The notes below the pieces were generated by a model, which did not search any database, was not told the origin of the DNA, and was given only the letters and a program-made list of their open reading frames with translations. A program made the translations under genes and the position numbers. From assembly GCA_963675595.2 (NCBI GenBank), contig CAXXLZ010000002.1:1984001-2048000 (forward strand): a stretch of 64,000 bases of DNA, in the 5' to 3' direction. Numbering within the stretch: position 1 is the stretch's first letter; every line of letters starts with the position of its first letter. Below, piece after piece: positions 32,420 through 42,128 of this stretch. This DNA comes from Thermodesulfobacteriota bacterium. GTDB taxonomy: Bacteria > Desulfobacterota > Desulfarculia > JACQYL01.

Positions 32420-33446
32420 GAGGAATCTCGACCGTAACTTTCAGGCCGGACGGCTGATTCTCTTCAAGGATCAAACGCGCCCTGCCGTTGTAGAGGGCGC
32501 CGAGACGTTCCCCGACGTTGGCCAGGCCGACGCCCCCTTTCACCGATGTTCCGACCCCGCAACCCGTGTCCGTTACCGTCAGGCGCAGCGTGTCCGAAGT
32601 CGCCGCCGCTCGGATACGGACGTCACCCCCCGAGATTTTGGGTTCGATGCCGTGTTTCACCGCGTTCTCGACGATGGGCTGCAGCAGCATGGGTGGAATC
32701 GAATGTCCCATGAGCTGGTCCGGCACGTCGATGTGGTAACGCAATCGGTCCCCCATACGTACCTTATGGAGGTCGAGATAGGCTTTGAGCAGCTCCACCT
32801 CTCGCCCCAAGTCCGTTTCTTCCTTCCTCATGGTGTTCAGGGAAGCCCGAAGGTACCGGGTTAGATCCACGAGCATGGTCTTCCCCTTGTCCGGATCCGA
32901 CTCCATAAGGCTCAGAATATTCGACAAGGTGTTGAAAAGGAAGTGGGGCTCGATCTGGGCCTGAAGCAGCTTCAGATGAGCTTCCAGGCTTTGCTTCTCA
33001 AGAATGAGCGTCTTGATCTGTTCTTCTCGGAGCAACGCTTCCGACCGTTGAATTCTCGCAGTGGAGAAAAAGAAATAGTTGATTACAACTCCGAACGCAA
33101 TGCCGGCGGATACCCTTTGAAGAACGGTAAACAAGTCTCCGCTCAACATGTCGTTCAGGGGAATGCCGGTGACCCGGGAACCCAGCACGGCCCCCACGGA
33201 CGCCCCGAAAATCAGCGTGACCCCGGCCAACACGAGATACCCCCGCAGGGAAGTGACCGTCACTAGGCGAAGTCCCGCCAACACAGAGGAAAAGATACTC
33301 AGCCCGATGCATTGGGAGACAATCAGATTGGTGCGGAATGCCGGACCGTGCCCCATCAAGAAAAGGAAAGCCGCGATGATCGTGTTGAACAACACGGTCA
33401 ACAGAAGAGCTTTGACGACCCTTTCTCGGGTTATGGCTCCAATCAT
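32388..33446 (-). CDS. LytS-family membrane sensor kinase
   Basis: Four TM segments, LQAQIEPHFLFNTL and QPIVENAVKHG. Start placed at ATG 33446 because the longer ORF overlaps the upstream gene. Confidence 0.9.
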   Translation of the reverse strand: MIGAITRERVVKALLLTVLFNTIIAAFLFLMGHGPAFRTNLIVSQCIGLSIFSSVLAGLRLVTVTSLRGYLVLAGVTLIFGASVGAVLGSRVTGIPLNDMLSGDLFTVLQRVSAGIAFGVVINYFFFSTARIQRSEALLREEQIKTLILEKQSLEAHLKLLQAQIEPHFLFNTLSNILSLMESDPDKGKTMLVDLTRYLRASLNTMRKEETDLGREVELLKAYLDLHKVRMGDRLRYHIDVPDQLMGHSIPPMLLQPIVENAVKHGIEPKISGGDVRIRAAATSDTLRLTVTDTGCGVGTSVKGGVGLANVGERLGALYNGRARLILEENQPSGLKVTVEIPHDTSQSGHRG

Positions 33447-33585
33447 GGAAATCTTTCCCGGCAACGGCGGCGGATGGGATCCCACCCGCCCCTCGAAGGA
33501 TATTACTGACTCGACGAGTCTCCCGCGATGCCGCCTCTCCAATGAATACAGTGGAAAAAGACATCGGGCGAAGGGGATCGGGGAT

Positions 33586-35223
33586 TCACGCCAGATCGGC
33601 CATGATTTCCTCGAAAGTCTTTTCTCCCCCTCGAAGCACCCCGCCGAATCCCCCGCCCGGGTTCCCCCACGCACTCGCGAGATATAACCCCTTCACCGGA
33701 GTCCGGTTCTCGATACGGTTCATGAAGGCGTTGTTCATGGACTGTTCGAAGCCGTAGATCGAGCCTTCCGTGTTCCCGGTGAAACGGCGGTTGGTGAGGG
33801 GAGTGGCCGCCACCTGCACTTCGATCATGGAAGACAGGCCCGGCACCACCTCTTGCTCCGCCCTCCGGATCAGGACGTCGGTCCATCGCTTCTTTTCCTC
33901 ATGATAGGCGTCCTTTCGCCCTGCGTCGTAATCCGCCTCGAAACGTCGCCAGGGTTCGTACCCCGACAGGAACAGGAGCATGAGGCTGGAGGTACCGGGA
34001 CGAGAGTAGCCCTCGAAGATATTATCGTATATGCTCACACCGTAGCCTCCCTTGTCCACTTCTCCCTTGACGCAGGACAGATAATCCGCCTCCGCGCCAC
34101 GGCCCGTATTGACATAGATACCGCAGCCCGGAATCTTTCCCCGGAGCTCCTCCTTGAGTCCCAACCAGACGATGAAAGTGGAAATCCCCGGCTTATAGCT
34201 CCTCAGTTTTTCGAGGTAGTCTCCGGGAACCTGTTGGTCCGGAACGAGTTTTCCGAAAGTCGTCAAGGCGCTCGCGTTGCTGACCACCACGCTTGCGGGC
34301 ACTTCTTCACCGCCGGCCAAGACCACTCCGCTCACCGCACCGTCCTTCACCACGATCCGTTCCGCCGAGGTTCGAATCCGAACATCGCCGCCGTTCCTCT
34401 CGATCTCGGACGCCAGGGCGTTGCTCAAATCCTGAGAACGGTTCTTGATGTAGAATGAGCCGCTCCTTAGGTATTCGCCCGTAGCGTTGGCATAGAAAAA
34501 GGCGGAAAGCTTCGAGGGCGGGAGCCCGTAGTATCCCCACAAGGAAGAAAGAGCGGTTTGGAGTTCCGGGTCCCGGACATGTTCATTCAGCATCTCGGCA
34601 AGCGTCTTGTCGCGGATATTCCACATTTTCCTGTACTGAAGGGGAAAAAGCAGCTTGATGAATTTTCCCTTCTTCTCTTGAAGCCGTTGCGATTCCTCGG
34701 ACAGTCCGACCATTTCGCCGACAAAAGACCGGATGCCCGCCTCTTCCTGAGGGAAATGCTCGGCGAGTAATGAAATGAAGGCTTCGGGATCTCTCTGGGG
34801 CACCAGGATATCGAGCTTGGGGGTTTTCAGCCGGTAGACCTCCGGCAACAAGGCCAAGTCCAATTGGTCCAACACGCCCAGGTTCCGCAATATGCGCCCC
34901 AAGGTGTTATCGGCATCGGTTTTGCTGATGCACGTGCCGTGGAGGGACACTTCAAAGTTGAATCGGCCTCTGTTGAAGGAGGTGGCATAACCGCCCGGCC
35001 GATCGTGCTTCTCCACCACCGTGACCGGGAACCCCTGCCTCGCCAGATAGGCGGCGCAACACAGACCCCCTAATCCGGACCCGATCACCACGCACGGATG
35101 ATTTCCGGCATCGCCCACTTTGGCGGCGTAGGCTTTGATTTTTCTCCAATCGAGGGCCAAGGCCAAAGTCGTGAGGCCCGAGACCTTCAAGAATGAACGG
35201 CGGGATACCTTGTTGAGTGACAT
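33586..35223 (-). CDS. Tat-exported FAD-dependent oxidoreductase, phytoene desaturase-like family
   Basis: SRRSFLK twin-arginine motif, VIGSGLGG...EKHDRPGG, ATPLT..RFTGN..GSIYG and GLYLASAW..PGGG. Confidence 0.85.
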   Translation of the reverse strand: MSLNKVSRRSFLKVSGLTTLALALDWRKIKAYAAKVGDAGNHPCVVIGSGLGGLCCAAYLARQGFPVTVVEKHDRPGGYATSFNRGRFNFEVSLHGTCISKTDADNTLGRILRNLGVLDQLDLALLPEVYRLKTPKLDILVPQRDPEAFISLLAEHFPQEEAGIRSFVGEMVGLSEESQRLQEKKGKFIKLLFPLQYRKMWNIRDKTLAEMLNEHVRDPELQTALSSLWGYYGLPPSKLSAFFYANATGEYLRSGSFYIKNRSQDLSNALASEIERNGGDVRIRTSAERIVVKDGAVSGVVLAGGEEVPASVVVSNASALTTFGKLVPDQQVPGDYLEKLRSYKPGISTFIVWLGLKEELRGKIPGCGIYVNTGRGAEADYLSCVKGEVDKGGYGVSIYDNIFEGYSRPGTSSLMLLFLSGYEPWRRFEADYDAGRKDAYHEEKKRWTDVLIRRAEQEVVPGLSSMIEVQVAATPLTNRRFTGNTEGSIYGFEQSMNNAFMNRIENRTPVKGLYLASAWGNPGGGFGGVLRGGEKTFEEIMADLA

Positions 35224-35325
35224 AACGGTTCCTCCTCACTCCGGATGTTGGTGTTGTTCGACCCTTTCACCGGCTCACGTGGGAACATTTTCATAGAACC
35301 GAGGCCACGGCGCAAGAACGTTGCG

Positions 35326-35351
35326 ATGAAATCACCATTTCGGGGAATGAA
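35326..35351 (-). promoter_or_regulatory. Putative LytTR binding site (direct repeat, 21-bp period)
   Basis: Minus strand cgaTTCATtccccgaaatggtgatTTCATcg, about 100 bp upstream of the gene that precedes lytS/lytTR. Confidence 0.35.
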
Positions 35352-35492
35352 TCGCAGATGGAGGGAGGGAAACGGGAATCGCGTCGGACAGCGGGAATCC
35401 GAGCCGTGCGGTCGGCGCTTGCGGAGGCCCGCCTCGGCGGCGGGTTTCCGCATCTTGAATATGCGGGGCCGATGGCGCTCCCCAGGGTATTC

Positions 35493-37394
35493 CTATGCCC
35501 GGACGCCGCGACTTTCAGTATTGAAAAAGGCGAGGCTCGCGGAACTGAGGACGACCAGAATGGACCCCACGTTGTGCAGCAAAGCGGCGCCCACCGGAGT
35601 GAGCAATCCCCATCCTCCCGCCAGCACGGAGCCCGCGTTGAACAACAAACCGAAAACCAGATTGAAACGAATGACCAGATTCATCCGCTTCCCCAACCGA
35701 ATCAGAAAGGGAAGCATGGAGAGATCGTCCCGCGCCAGCACCACATCGGCGGTTTCCAGGGCCACGTCCGTGCCTCTCGCCCCCATGGCCACACCCACGT
35801 CGGCCACCGCCAAGGCGGGACCGTCGTTGATGCCGTCTCCGACAAACAGCACCGGTAGATTTTCTGCTTGGATGTTACGAATGACCTCCAATTTGCCTTC
35901 GGGCTTGAGGCTTGCCCACACCCCGGGAATCCCCACCGATGCCGCGACTCGTCGCGCGGAGTTCTCGTGATCTCCCGAGAGCATGGCCAAACGGGAGATG
36001 CCCAGATCGCGCAATCCCTGGACGGCCGCCGGGGCTTCCTGCCGAATTTCGTCCGAAATCCCCATGACGCCCAGAGCACATCGATCTCGGAAAACAGCCA
36101 ACGGAGTCACGCCGCGATCCTGCAATATCTCCGCATAACGACGCAGAGGAACCGGCAACGAGGACAGGCCGCCCCCGGTCACGCCGCAAACTTCAACCGA
36201 AGACCCACCCACGCACGCCCGGACGCCCAGTCCGATTTCGTTGAACACCTGCTCGGCCTTCACCACGGCCACTCGAGCGTAATGAGCCGCCTTGATCACC
36301 GCTCCGGCGAGTGGATGCGTGCAATGCCGCTCAGCGGCGGCCGCCAGGGACAGGAGTTCGTCGACTCCGCATCCTTCTGCGCAGTGCATCTCTTCCACCT
36401 TGGGCCGTCCCTTGGTCAACGTACCGGTCTTGTCGAAAAGCACCGCCCGGACCGCGGCCGCCTTCTCCAAATAACGACCTCCTTTGATAAGAACTCCCTT
36501 CCGGGCCGCACGACCCACTGCGGCCACGGTGGCGGTGGGCGCGGCGAGAATCAAGGCGCACGGGCAGCCTACGATGAGCACGGTGACGGCCCGCTGCGCC
36601 TCTCCGGAAAGCCACCACGCCGCAGCCGCACATCCGATGATCGTCGGCGTGAACCAACGCGCGTAACGGTCGATCATTCGGACGGACTGAGGCCGGTATT
36701 GTTCCGCATCAGCCACAAGGCGGATCACTTTGGCCAACGTGGTATCCTCGCCCACTTTTGCGGCTTCGGCCTCCAACACCCCGTTGAGATTCAACGTCCC
36801 TGCTCGCAGCGAATCGCCGGCATGTTTTTCCACGGGAACGGATTCACCGGTGAGGGCGGATTCATCCACGGCCGAAATGCCCTCCATGACCACGGCATCC
36901 ACGGAAATCCGTTCGCCGGGTTTCAGCAACAGCCGATCGCCTTTCCGAATCCTCTCCACGGGCGTTTCCTTGAATTCCCCGTCGATCATGACCCAAGCGT
37001 TGGGAGGGGAAAGATTCACCAGGGTGCGCACGGCCTTACGGGCGGACTCGCTGGTGGCTTCTTCCAGAAGCGCGCCCAAGGTCATGACGAACCCCACCAC
37101 GGCGGCGGAGAGATATTCCCCTTGGATCAAGCAGGCCACAATCGCGAGTCCGACAAGTTCGTCCACATTGACTCGTTTGCGCAGCAGACCTTTGACGGCT
37201 CCGACGATAATGGGCACCCCGTTGAGTCCCACGGAAATCAAGGCGAGGAGGTCGGCCGTGACGGAGGGAAGGCCGGGCCGACCGGCCGCCAAAAACGCGG
37301 CCAACGCGAACAGTCCGGCAATGATGGTTCGCTGGAAATCCGAGCGTCGAAGGAGTTCCGCACTCACATCCTTTCGAGAGAAGCGTCCGATCAT
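35493..37394 (-). CDS. Heavy-metal translocating P1B-type ATPase
   Basis: TGES, CPC in TM, DKTGT, HP, GDGINDGP and C-terminal HN; no N-terminal CxxC metal-binding domain. Confidence 0.93.
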   Translation of the reverse strand: MIGRFSRKDVSAELLRRSDFQRTIIAGLFALAAFLAAGRPGLPSVTADLLALISVGLNGVPIIVGAVKGLLRKRVNVDELVGLAIVACLIQGEYLSAAVVGFVMTLGALLEEATSESARKAVRTLVNLSPPNAWVMIDGEFKETPVERIRKGDRLLLKPGERISVDAVVMEGISAVDESALTGESVPVEKHAGDSLRAGTLNLNGVLEAEAAKVGEDTTLAKVIRLVADAEQYRPQSVRMIDRYARWFTPTIIGCAAAAWWLSGEAQRAVTVLIVGCPCALILAAPTATVAAVGRAARKGVLIKGGRYLEKAAAVRAVLFDKTGTLTKGRPKVEEMHCAEGCGVDELLSLAAAAERHCTHPLAGAVIKAAHYARVAVVKAEQVFNEIGLGVRACVGGSSVEVCGVTGGGLSSLPVPLRRYAEILQDRGVTPLAVFRDRCALGVMGISDEIRQEAPAAVQGLRDLGISRLAMLSGDHENSARRVAASVGIPGVWASLKPEGKLEVIRNIQAENLPVLFVGDGINDGPALAVADVGVAMGARGTDVALETADVVLARDDLSMLPFLIRLGKRMNLVIRFNLVFGLLFNAGSVLAGGWGLLTPVGAALLHNVGSILVVLSSASLAFFNTESRGVRA

Positions 37395-37494
37395 GAGAGT
37401 TCCTTTTGATCCGGTCCGGAGAAAATCCGGTGAGTAGAAATCGAGAGAAGCGCTGAGAGGAAGATGACTTCCTTTAAGCGGTCTTCGTGTTCCC

Positions 37495-37523
37495 CATATA
37501 CATATAGGGGGTATATGTATATG
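37495..37523. promoter_or_regulatory. CsoR/RcnR-type operator upstream of the metal ATPase
   Basis: Perfect 12-bp inverted repeat CATATACATATA-GGGGG-TATATGTATATG, just downstream of a minus-strand TTGACG (37542-37537). Confidence 0.7.
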
Positions 37524-37598
37524 CCGTCTGAAACATCGTCAAGTCCTTTCTCGTCCATTCGGATTGAGCCTTGAATAACCTCGACCGGCGCCCCGAAC

Positions 37599-37628
37599 AA
37601 AAAAAGGGGCGACCCAACGGTCGTCCCC
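37599..37628 (-). terminator. Rho-independent terminator of the envelope/MCE cluster
   Basis: Minus strand GGGGACGACC-GTTG-GGTCGCCCC-TTTTTTT, 27 nt after the stop at 37656. Confidence 0.8.
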
Positions 37629-37655
37629 ATGAAGAAGATCATTTTCAGCGTCGCC

Positions 37656-38255
37656 TTAGTGCCTTTCCAGCCACTCCCTTAGACGGTCTTCCCGGAATTC
37701 AACAATTCCACCGTCCCGAATCGTCAACAACGATTCCAGCTCCGGGTCCTCCAGTAAGTCCATGACCTCGTCCTTGGGCTTTTTCAGGATTCTTGCCAGT
37801 TCTTCCAGCAGGTCCCTCCCCGGCTCCGCAGGACCGGACGGGATCAAATACACCAATGCCTGCAGCCGCAATTTGTCGCGGGTCGTATGTTCCAGTACGT
37901 CCGTTGTGTTCTTCAGCCGCAGAGCCAGTTCTCGAAGCATCAAAACGGCCACTTCACCGCTCTCCCTAAGCAAGTTACGAAAAGTCTCCCCGTCCACCAC
38001 TGCGATATTGCTGTCTTCCACCGCCTGTGCCGACGCCGTGCGCGGCGCGCTGATCAACGCGGCCATCTCCCCGAAATATTCCCCGGGGCCCATGGTCTTC
38101 AGCTCCTCGTCGCCTCTGCCCGATTCCTTGAGCATCTTCACCGAACCGGAAACCACATAGAAGATTTCCTTCGAGGCCTCTCCCTCCCGGAAGACATACG
38201 ACCCCTTGCGGTACATGCGTCCGAACCGACGGATCAGCCTTTCTTCAATGCGCAT
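37656..38255 (-). CDS. Cyclic-nucleotide-binding (Crp/Fnr-like) protein
   Basis: VFREGE, SGSV and GEYFGEMA...PRTASA cNMP signature; degenerate C-terminal HTH. Confidence 0.85.
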   Translation of the reverse strand: MRIEERLIRRFGRMYRKGSYVFREGEASKEIFYVVSGSVKMLKESGRGDEELKTMGPGEYFGEMAALISAPRTASAQAVEDSNIAVVDGETFRNLLRESGEVAVLMLRELALRLKNTTDVLEHTTRDKLRLQALVYLIPSGPAEPGRDLLEELARILKKPKDEVMDLLEDPELESLLTIRDGGIVEFREDRLREWLERH

Positions 38256-39171
38256 TTTTCAACCGTTTTCGGAGCAGGGCCTTTTCCAACAGGATCAGAT
38301 CCCTTTTCCGGTAGGAGGAGATGAGTTCCGCGCAAAACAATAAGATCAGGGATACATAATAGACCCAGACCACCAGAATCACCACGGTTTCCAACGGACC
38401 GTAAACAATGCTGTATTGAGAGCTGCGCGCCATATACCAGGTGAACAGGTGTTTCGTGATCTCCATGAGTGCGGAAAACAGGACGCTCCCTGCCAGAGCG
38501 TGCCTCAGCGAGACACGCGCCGTTGGGATCACTCTGTACACGAAGGTGAAAAACGAAACGGTGATCAGATAGGGCAAGAGGTAGCGGAACAGCATCACGT
38601 GAAGCTCAGCGCCCAGAGCGCCTCCGCCTCCCCGACTCTGAAGATCGGCTTCCAGCACGCCCCCGATGTACGTGACCGCCACATTGGTGCCGGCGACCGC
38701 CCAGCCGATGGGAATCATGGCGAAAGCCAGGAGTTTGCCCACAAAGAAATTCCTGGGAGTGGGAGAACGGAAAATGATCCCCAGGGCGTTCTGCAGGGAG
38801 TTGAAGATCAATGAGGACGTCCACGCCAGGGTGATCAATCCCAGACCGCCCAGAAGCCGTCTCTTCTCTTCGATCTTTCCCAACTGTTTGAGCAGTTCCC
38901 CGGAAATGTAGGGGTGAAAGCCCCGCACCACACGGAGCAGTTCCTTCTGAACGGCCGGGTCCGATCCGAATACCAGTCCGGCGGCCAGGGTTGTCAGGAT
39001 CAGAAGCGGAATGGCGGAAAGGATGGCATAAAAAGCGATGGAAGCGGCCAGATTTCCGTCGCCGTTTTCCTGGAAGCTCTTCACCGAGTGAGCGAAAATG
39101 TCCCATCCCGTGGCCAAAAGAAACCGCGGCCCGCCGGAACGCACGTCGGTTTGGCCGGTAGTCTCAATCAT
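38245..39171 (-). CDS. YihY/virulence factor BrkB family membrane protein
   Basis: AASIAFYAILSAIP, YSIVYGPL and WVYY...AE; start uncertain (ATG 39171 chosen). Confidence 0.88.
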   Translation of the reverse strand: MIETTGQTDVRSGGPRFLLATGWDIFAHSVKSFQENGDGNLAASIAFYAILSAIPLLILTTLAAGLVFGSDPAVQKELLRVVRGFHPYISGELLKQLGKIEEKRRLLGGLGLITLAWTSSLIFNSLQNALGIIFRSPTPRNFFVGKLLAFAMIPIGWAVAGTNVAVTYIGGVLEADLQSRGGGGALGAELHVMLFRYLLPYLITVSFFTFVYRVIPTARVSLRHALAGSVLFSALMEITKHLFTWYMARSSQYSIVYGPLETVVILVVWVYYVSLILLFCAELISSYRKRDLILLEKALLRKRLKNAH

Positions 39172-39392
39172 GGGGGGAAAAGGGGGGCTCGGCACCCGAG
39201 AACAAGCCCCTTGGGGGTGGGGATAGAACGACTCGTCCCGGGCGCAATCCCGCCGGAACGGCCGGCTCGTGTTCTTTTTGAGACATCGGACGATCACCTA
39301 CGGGGCGGGAGGAACACGCCGAACGCACGGCACTTCCGCCGGTTCGAGCGGAATACGCCCTGGACGGAAGGCCGGGGTTTCTCATGGAGCCG

Positions 39393-40421
39393 TCAAGGGC
39401 AATAAGCGTTGAAGCCTTCGCGTTCCCCTCTATCCATGTAGGTCTCGATGCGTCTTTCGGCGGGGCTCCCTTCCAGTCGATTCGCCAGATCCCGAAGGCT
39501 CTCTTCCCGGCCGAGGTAGTAATAAACATAAAATGCCCGTTCCAGGTATTCCAAAGCATGTTCGCGGCCGCCGGCTTCCTCCGTCAAGTCGGCCAGCAGC
39601 ACCAGATCATCCCCGACGCACCGCCAGCAGCCCGCTTCCTTGTCCAGAACCAAGGCGCTTTCAGCCTGTTCCAAGGCCTCGGGTATCCGGTGGGCATCTC
39701 GACGAACCTTGGCCAGCCCCAGATGTGCCGCAGCGGCGACGGAAGCGTTTTCACCGGATTGCACGCGCTTCAAAGCGGTGAAGAATCGCTTCTCGGCTCC
39801 CTCGGGATCATCGCGACTCAACAGAAGAAAGCCTCCAAGAGCATCCACTTCCGCCCGCCGGTCTTTCAGCTCCCGTACCCTTGTTTCGGCTTCGTCCAAC
39901 GCTCCGGTCGCACATTCGAGGTCGTCCGTCCGGATACAGAACTCGCAACGGTTGAGCAAATTGGTGAGCAGGGCGGAATTGGAATTTAGTCGCCTGTTGA
40001 TGGCTTCGGCCTCCGAAAGCAGCGCCAGCGCTTCTTCCATTCGCGAGCGGTCCGCGGAAAGAACGGCAAGATCGTTCAGATCCCGTGCCGCTCCTTCCTG
40101 ATCATCCATGGAGCGGTGTAGTTCCAGGGAGGCTCTGAAGTACGTTTCCGCTTTGTCCAAACAGCCGTTGGCATAGGCTTCCATGCCGCGTTCCGACAGA
40201 GACGCGGCTTCTCTTTCCCGAAAAGGTTTCTCAGGAGGAGGAGAGACGCAGGATGCCAGGCAGACAAGGATTACCCAAGCGGCGAGGATCCGGTAAGCCC
40301 TCGTTTGCAGAAAACCGACGTCCCGGGATGCCGGGGAAGGCCCGTTGCCCATGTCCCCCGAGTGCTCGGTATCGTTCGACGCCGTTTTGTTCCGTCCAAG
40401 CCTGCAGAAAACCTCCCTCAC
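39393..40421 (-). CDS. TPR-repeat lipoprotein
   Basis: Lipobox LASC after a hydrophobic stretch; TPR-like helices; GTGA overlap with the mlaD stop. Confidence 0.75.
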   Translation of the reverse strand: MREVFCRLGRNKTASNDTEHSGDMGNGPSPASRDVGFLQTRAYRILAAWVILVCLASCVSPPPEKPFREREAASLSERGMEAYANGCLDKAETYFRASLELHRSMDDQEGAARDLNDLAVLSADRSRMEEALALLSEAEAINRRLNSNSALLTNLLNRCEFCIRTDDLECATGALDEAETRVRELKDRRAEVDALGGFLLLSRDDPEGAEKRFFTALKRVQSGENASVAAAAHLGLAKVRRDAHRIPEALEQAESALVLDKEAGCWRCVGDDLVLLADLTEEAGGREHALEYLERAFYVYYYLGREESLRDLANRLEGSPAERRIETYMDRGEREGFNAYCP

Positions 40422-41410
40422 CGAGTTCCTCCCCTGGGCTGCATTTGAAGCGGCTTCCGCTCTTCCTCCTTCGGTCCGCCCATAAGCATCACCGGATTGT
40501 TCCGAAGCGTCTGTACGGCGGCGTCGGCCTCATCCAAGGTTCGGCGGACCCCGTTGAGAACCGGGGAAATCTCACGAACCACTTGATGCACGTCTCGAGT
40601 CAGCCCCGGCAACTGCTCACCGGCTTCCTGAATAGAGACCATCAATTCGGAGACTTGCCCCACCACCTGGTCCAGGCGCGAAAGTACATCGTCCAATCGA
40701 TCGCTCACACCCACCATCCGATGGGAAACCTTACCGAAATCACTCAATATTTTCTGGGATTGGGCGACACGATCTTCCAGCCGGTCATAGAAGGCTTCAT
40801 CCTTGATCAACTTGCCGGCGGTTCCCTTGCCTTCATCGAGTCCCTTCACCAGGGATTCCAGGTGAACCAGAGCGCTCCAGAGCGGTCCTTCCGGGTTGTT
40901 GAGCTTGTTGGTGAGTTCGTTCACGTTGGCCGCGATGGCCACCAACGTTTCAAACTTGTCCTCAAGGTCCAGCGACTTGAGGTATTCCATATAGTCACCG
41001 ATGGATCGTTTGTCTTCCGATGGAATCCGCTCCCCTCGCGACAATACGGAAGAAGACTCGGTGCCCGGTTTCAATGAGAGGTGGGACCCTCCGAGTATGG
41101 ACGCCCCTTCCACCGTGAGAACGGAGTCCTGCCGGACCCTGGAGGCATATTCCCTGAATACCTTGAGCCCGACCCGCACATGGTTGGACGGTTCAATACG
41201 GATTGAGGTCACCTTCCCCACTTCGATATCCAACATCTTCACCTTGGATCCGGGCTGTAATCCGTAACCTTCCTTGAACACGGCATAGTATGGCTCGTAC
41301 TTGCGGAACCAAGCATTGCTCCTGCCGATGAGAATGAGCGCAGCCACCAGCAAGACCGCCGTAAAAACCAGGAATGCGCCTACCATCTGGTCCATGACTC
41401 GGTATTTCAA
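40418..41410 (-). CDS. MCE/MlaD-family protein with long helical C-terminus
   Basis: N-terminal TM, GLQPGSKV...VGKVTSI MCE motif, SILGG and GTAGKLIKDEAFY. Confidence 0.88.
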   Translation of the reverse strand: MKYRVMDQMVGAFLVFTAVLLVAALILIGRSNAWFRKYEPYYAVFKEGYGLQPGSKVKMLDIEVGKVTSIRIEPSNHVRVGLKVFREYASRVRQDSVLTVEGASILGGSHLSLKPGTESSSVLSRGERIPSEDKRSIGDYMEYLKSLDLEDKFETLVAIAANVNELTNKLNNPEGPLWSALVHLESLVKGLDEGKGTAGKLIKDEAFYDRLEDRVAQSQKILSDFGKVSHRMVGVSDRLDDVLSRLDQVVGQVSELMVSIQEAGEQLPGLTRDVHQVVREISPVLNGVRRTLDEADAAVQTLRNNPVMLMGGPKEEERKPLQMQPRGGTR

Positions 41411-41414
41411 GGCT

Positions 41415-42128
41415 TCACCTCAAAGGCTTTGGAAAGGTTGGCCCATCCACCGGAACGACCCTCCCTCCCCTGATTTCCACTCGGTGATCCATCAGAGGAT
41501 CAAGGGCGTCGTCGGACCCGTTGTCAAAAACGAGAATTGCGGCATGATCTCGGGTCTTTCGCAGGCAGAGATGGTCCACCACCGTCCGGATATCCTGAAC
41601 GGACAAATGAGCTTGCAGGTCCTCCACAAGGATCACCCGACAGTCCTTGAGCAACTCTCTCACAAACACGGCCAGCCGCCTGTTCCCGTCGTCCACGTCC
41701 GAAGGCCGCATCTCGATGAAGGCGCCGATGTCGAACAATTCAATCATGGGAGCGGCATATTCTCGGGCTCTGTCCCATCCCCAATTGAAATGATACCTTT
41801 GGAAAAGGGTGATGTTTTCAATCAGGGTCAGGTTGCTGATCAGTGCGCCGGTCCGAGGCAGATAAGCCAGTTGCCGACGCAACGGCAGAAGCGCTTCTTC
41901 ATTGTCCGGATCCAGGTCTTTTCCCTCGAAACGAACGACGCCGGCATCCGGTGCCTCGAGGGTGGAAAAAATCCTGAACAGAGCTCGCTCCGCGGGCTCC
42001 CCGGCGACGCGGACCCCGACGCATTCTCCGGCCGCCAGACCTAAGGAGGCGTCGTGGAGGATTTCGCCATTTTCGTCACGCCAAGTGACCTTGCTGATTT
42101 CCATAACGAAGTCGGGCATTGGACTCAT
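41415..42128 (-). CDS. MlaF-like ABC ATPase fold with degenerate catalytic motifs
   Basis: PDAGVVRFEG, LRRQLAY and ALISNLTLIENI match MlaF; Walker A/B and signature are altered. ATG overlaps the mlaE stop (ATGA). Confidence 0.8.
   Translation of the reverse strand: MSPMPDFVMEISKVTWRDENGEILHDASLGLAAGECVGVRVAGEPAERALFRIFSTLEAPDAGVVRFEGKDLDPDNEEALLPLRRQLAYLPRTGALISNLTLIENITLFQRYHFNWGWDRAREYAAPMIELFDIGAFIEMRPSDVDDGNRRLAVFVRELLKDCRVILVEDLQAHLSVQDIRTVVDHLCLRKTRDHAAILVFDNGSDDALDPLMDHRVEIRGGRVVPVDGPTFPKPLR

Noticed and set aside
638-37409. Long antisense ORFs such as 638..1753, 7780..9084, 14806..16365, 22348..23811, 24391..25611 and 35868..37409
   Set aside because: Each lies opposite a clearly identifiable gene and has no motifs; these are shadow ORFs typical of high-GC codon usage.
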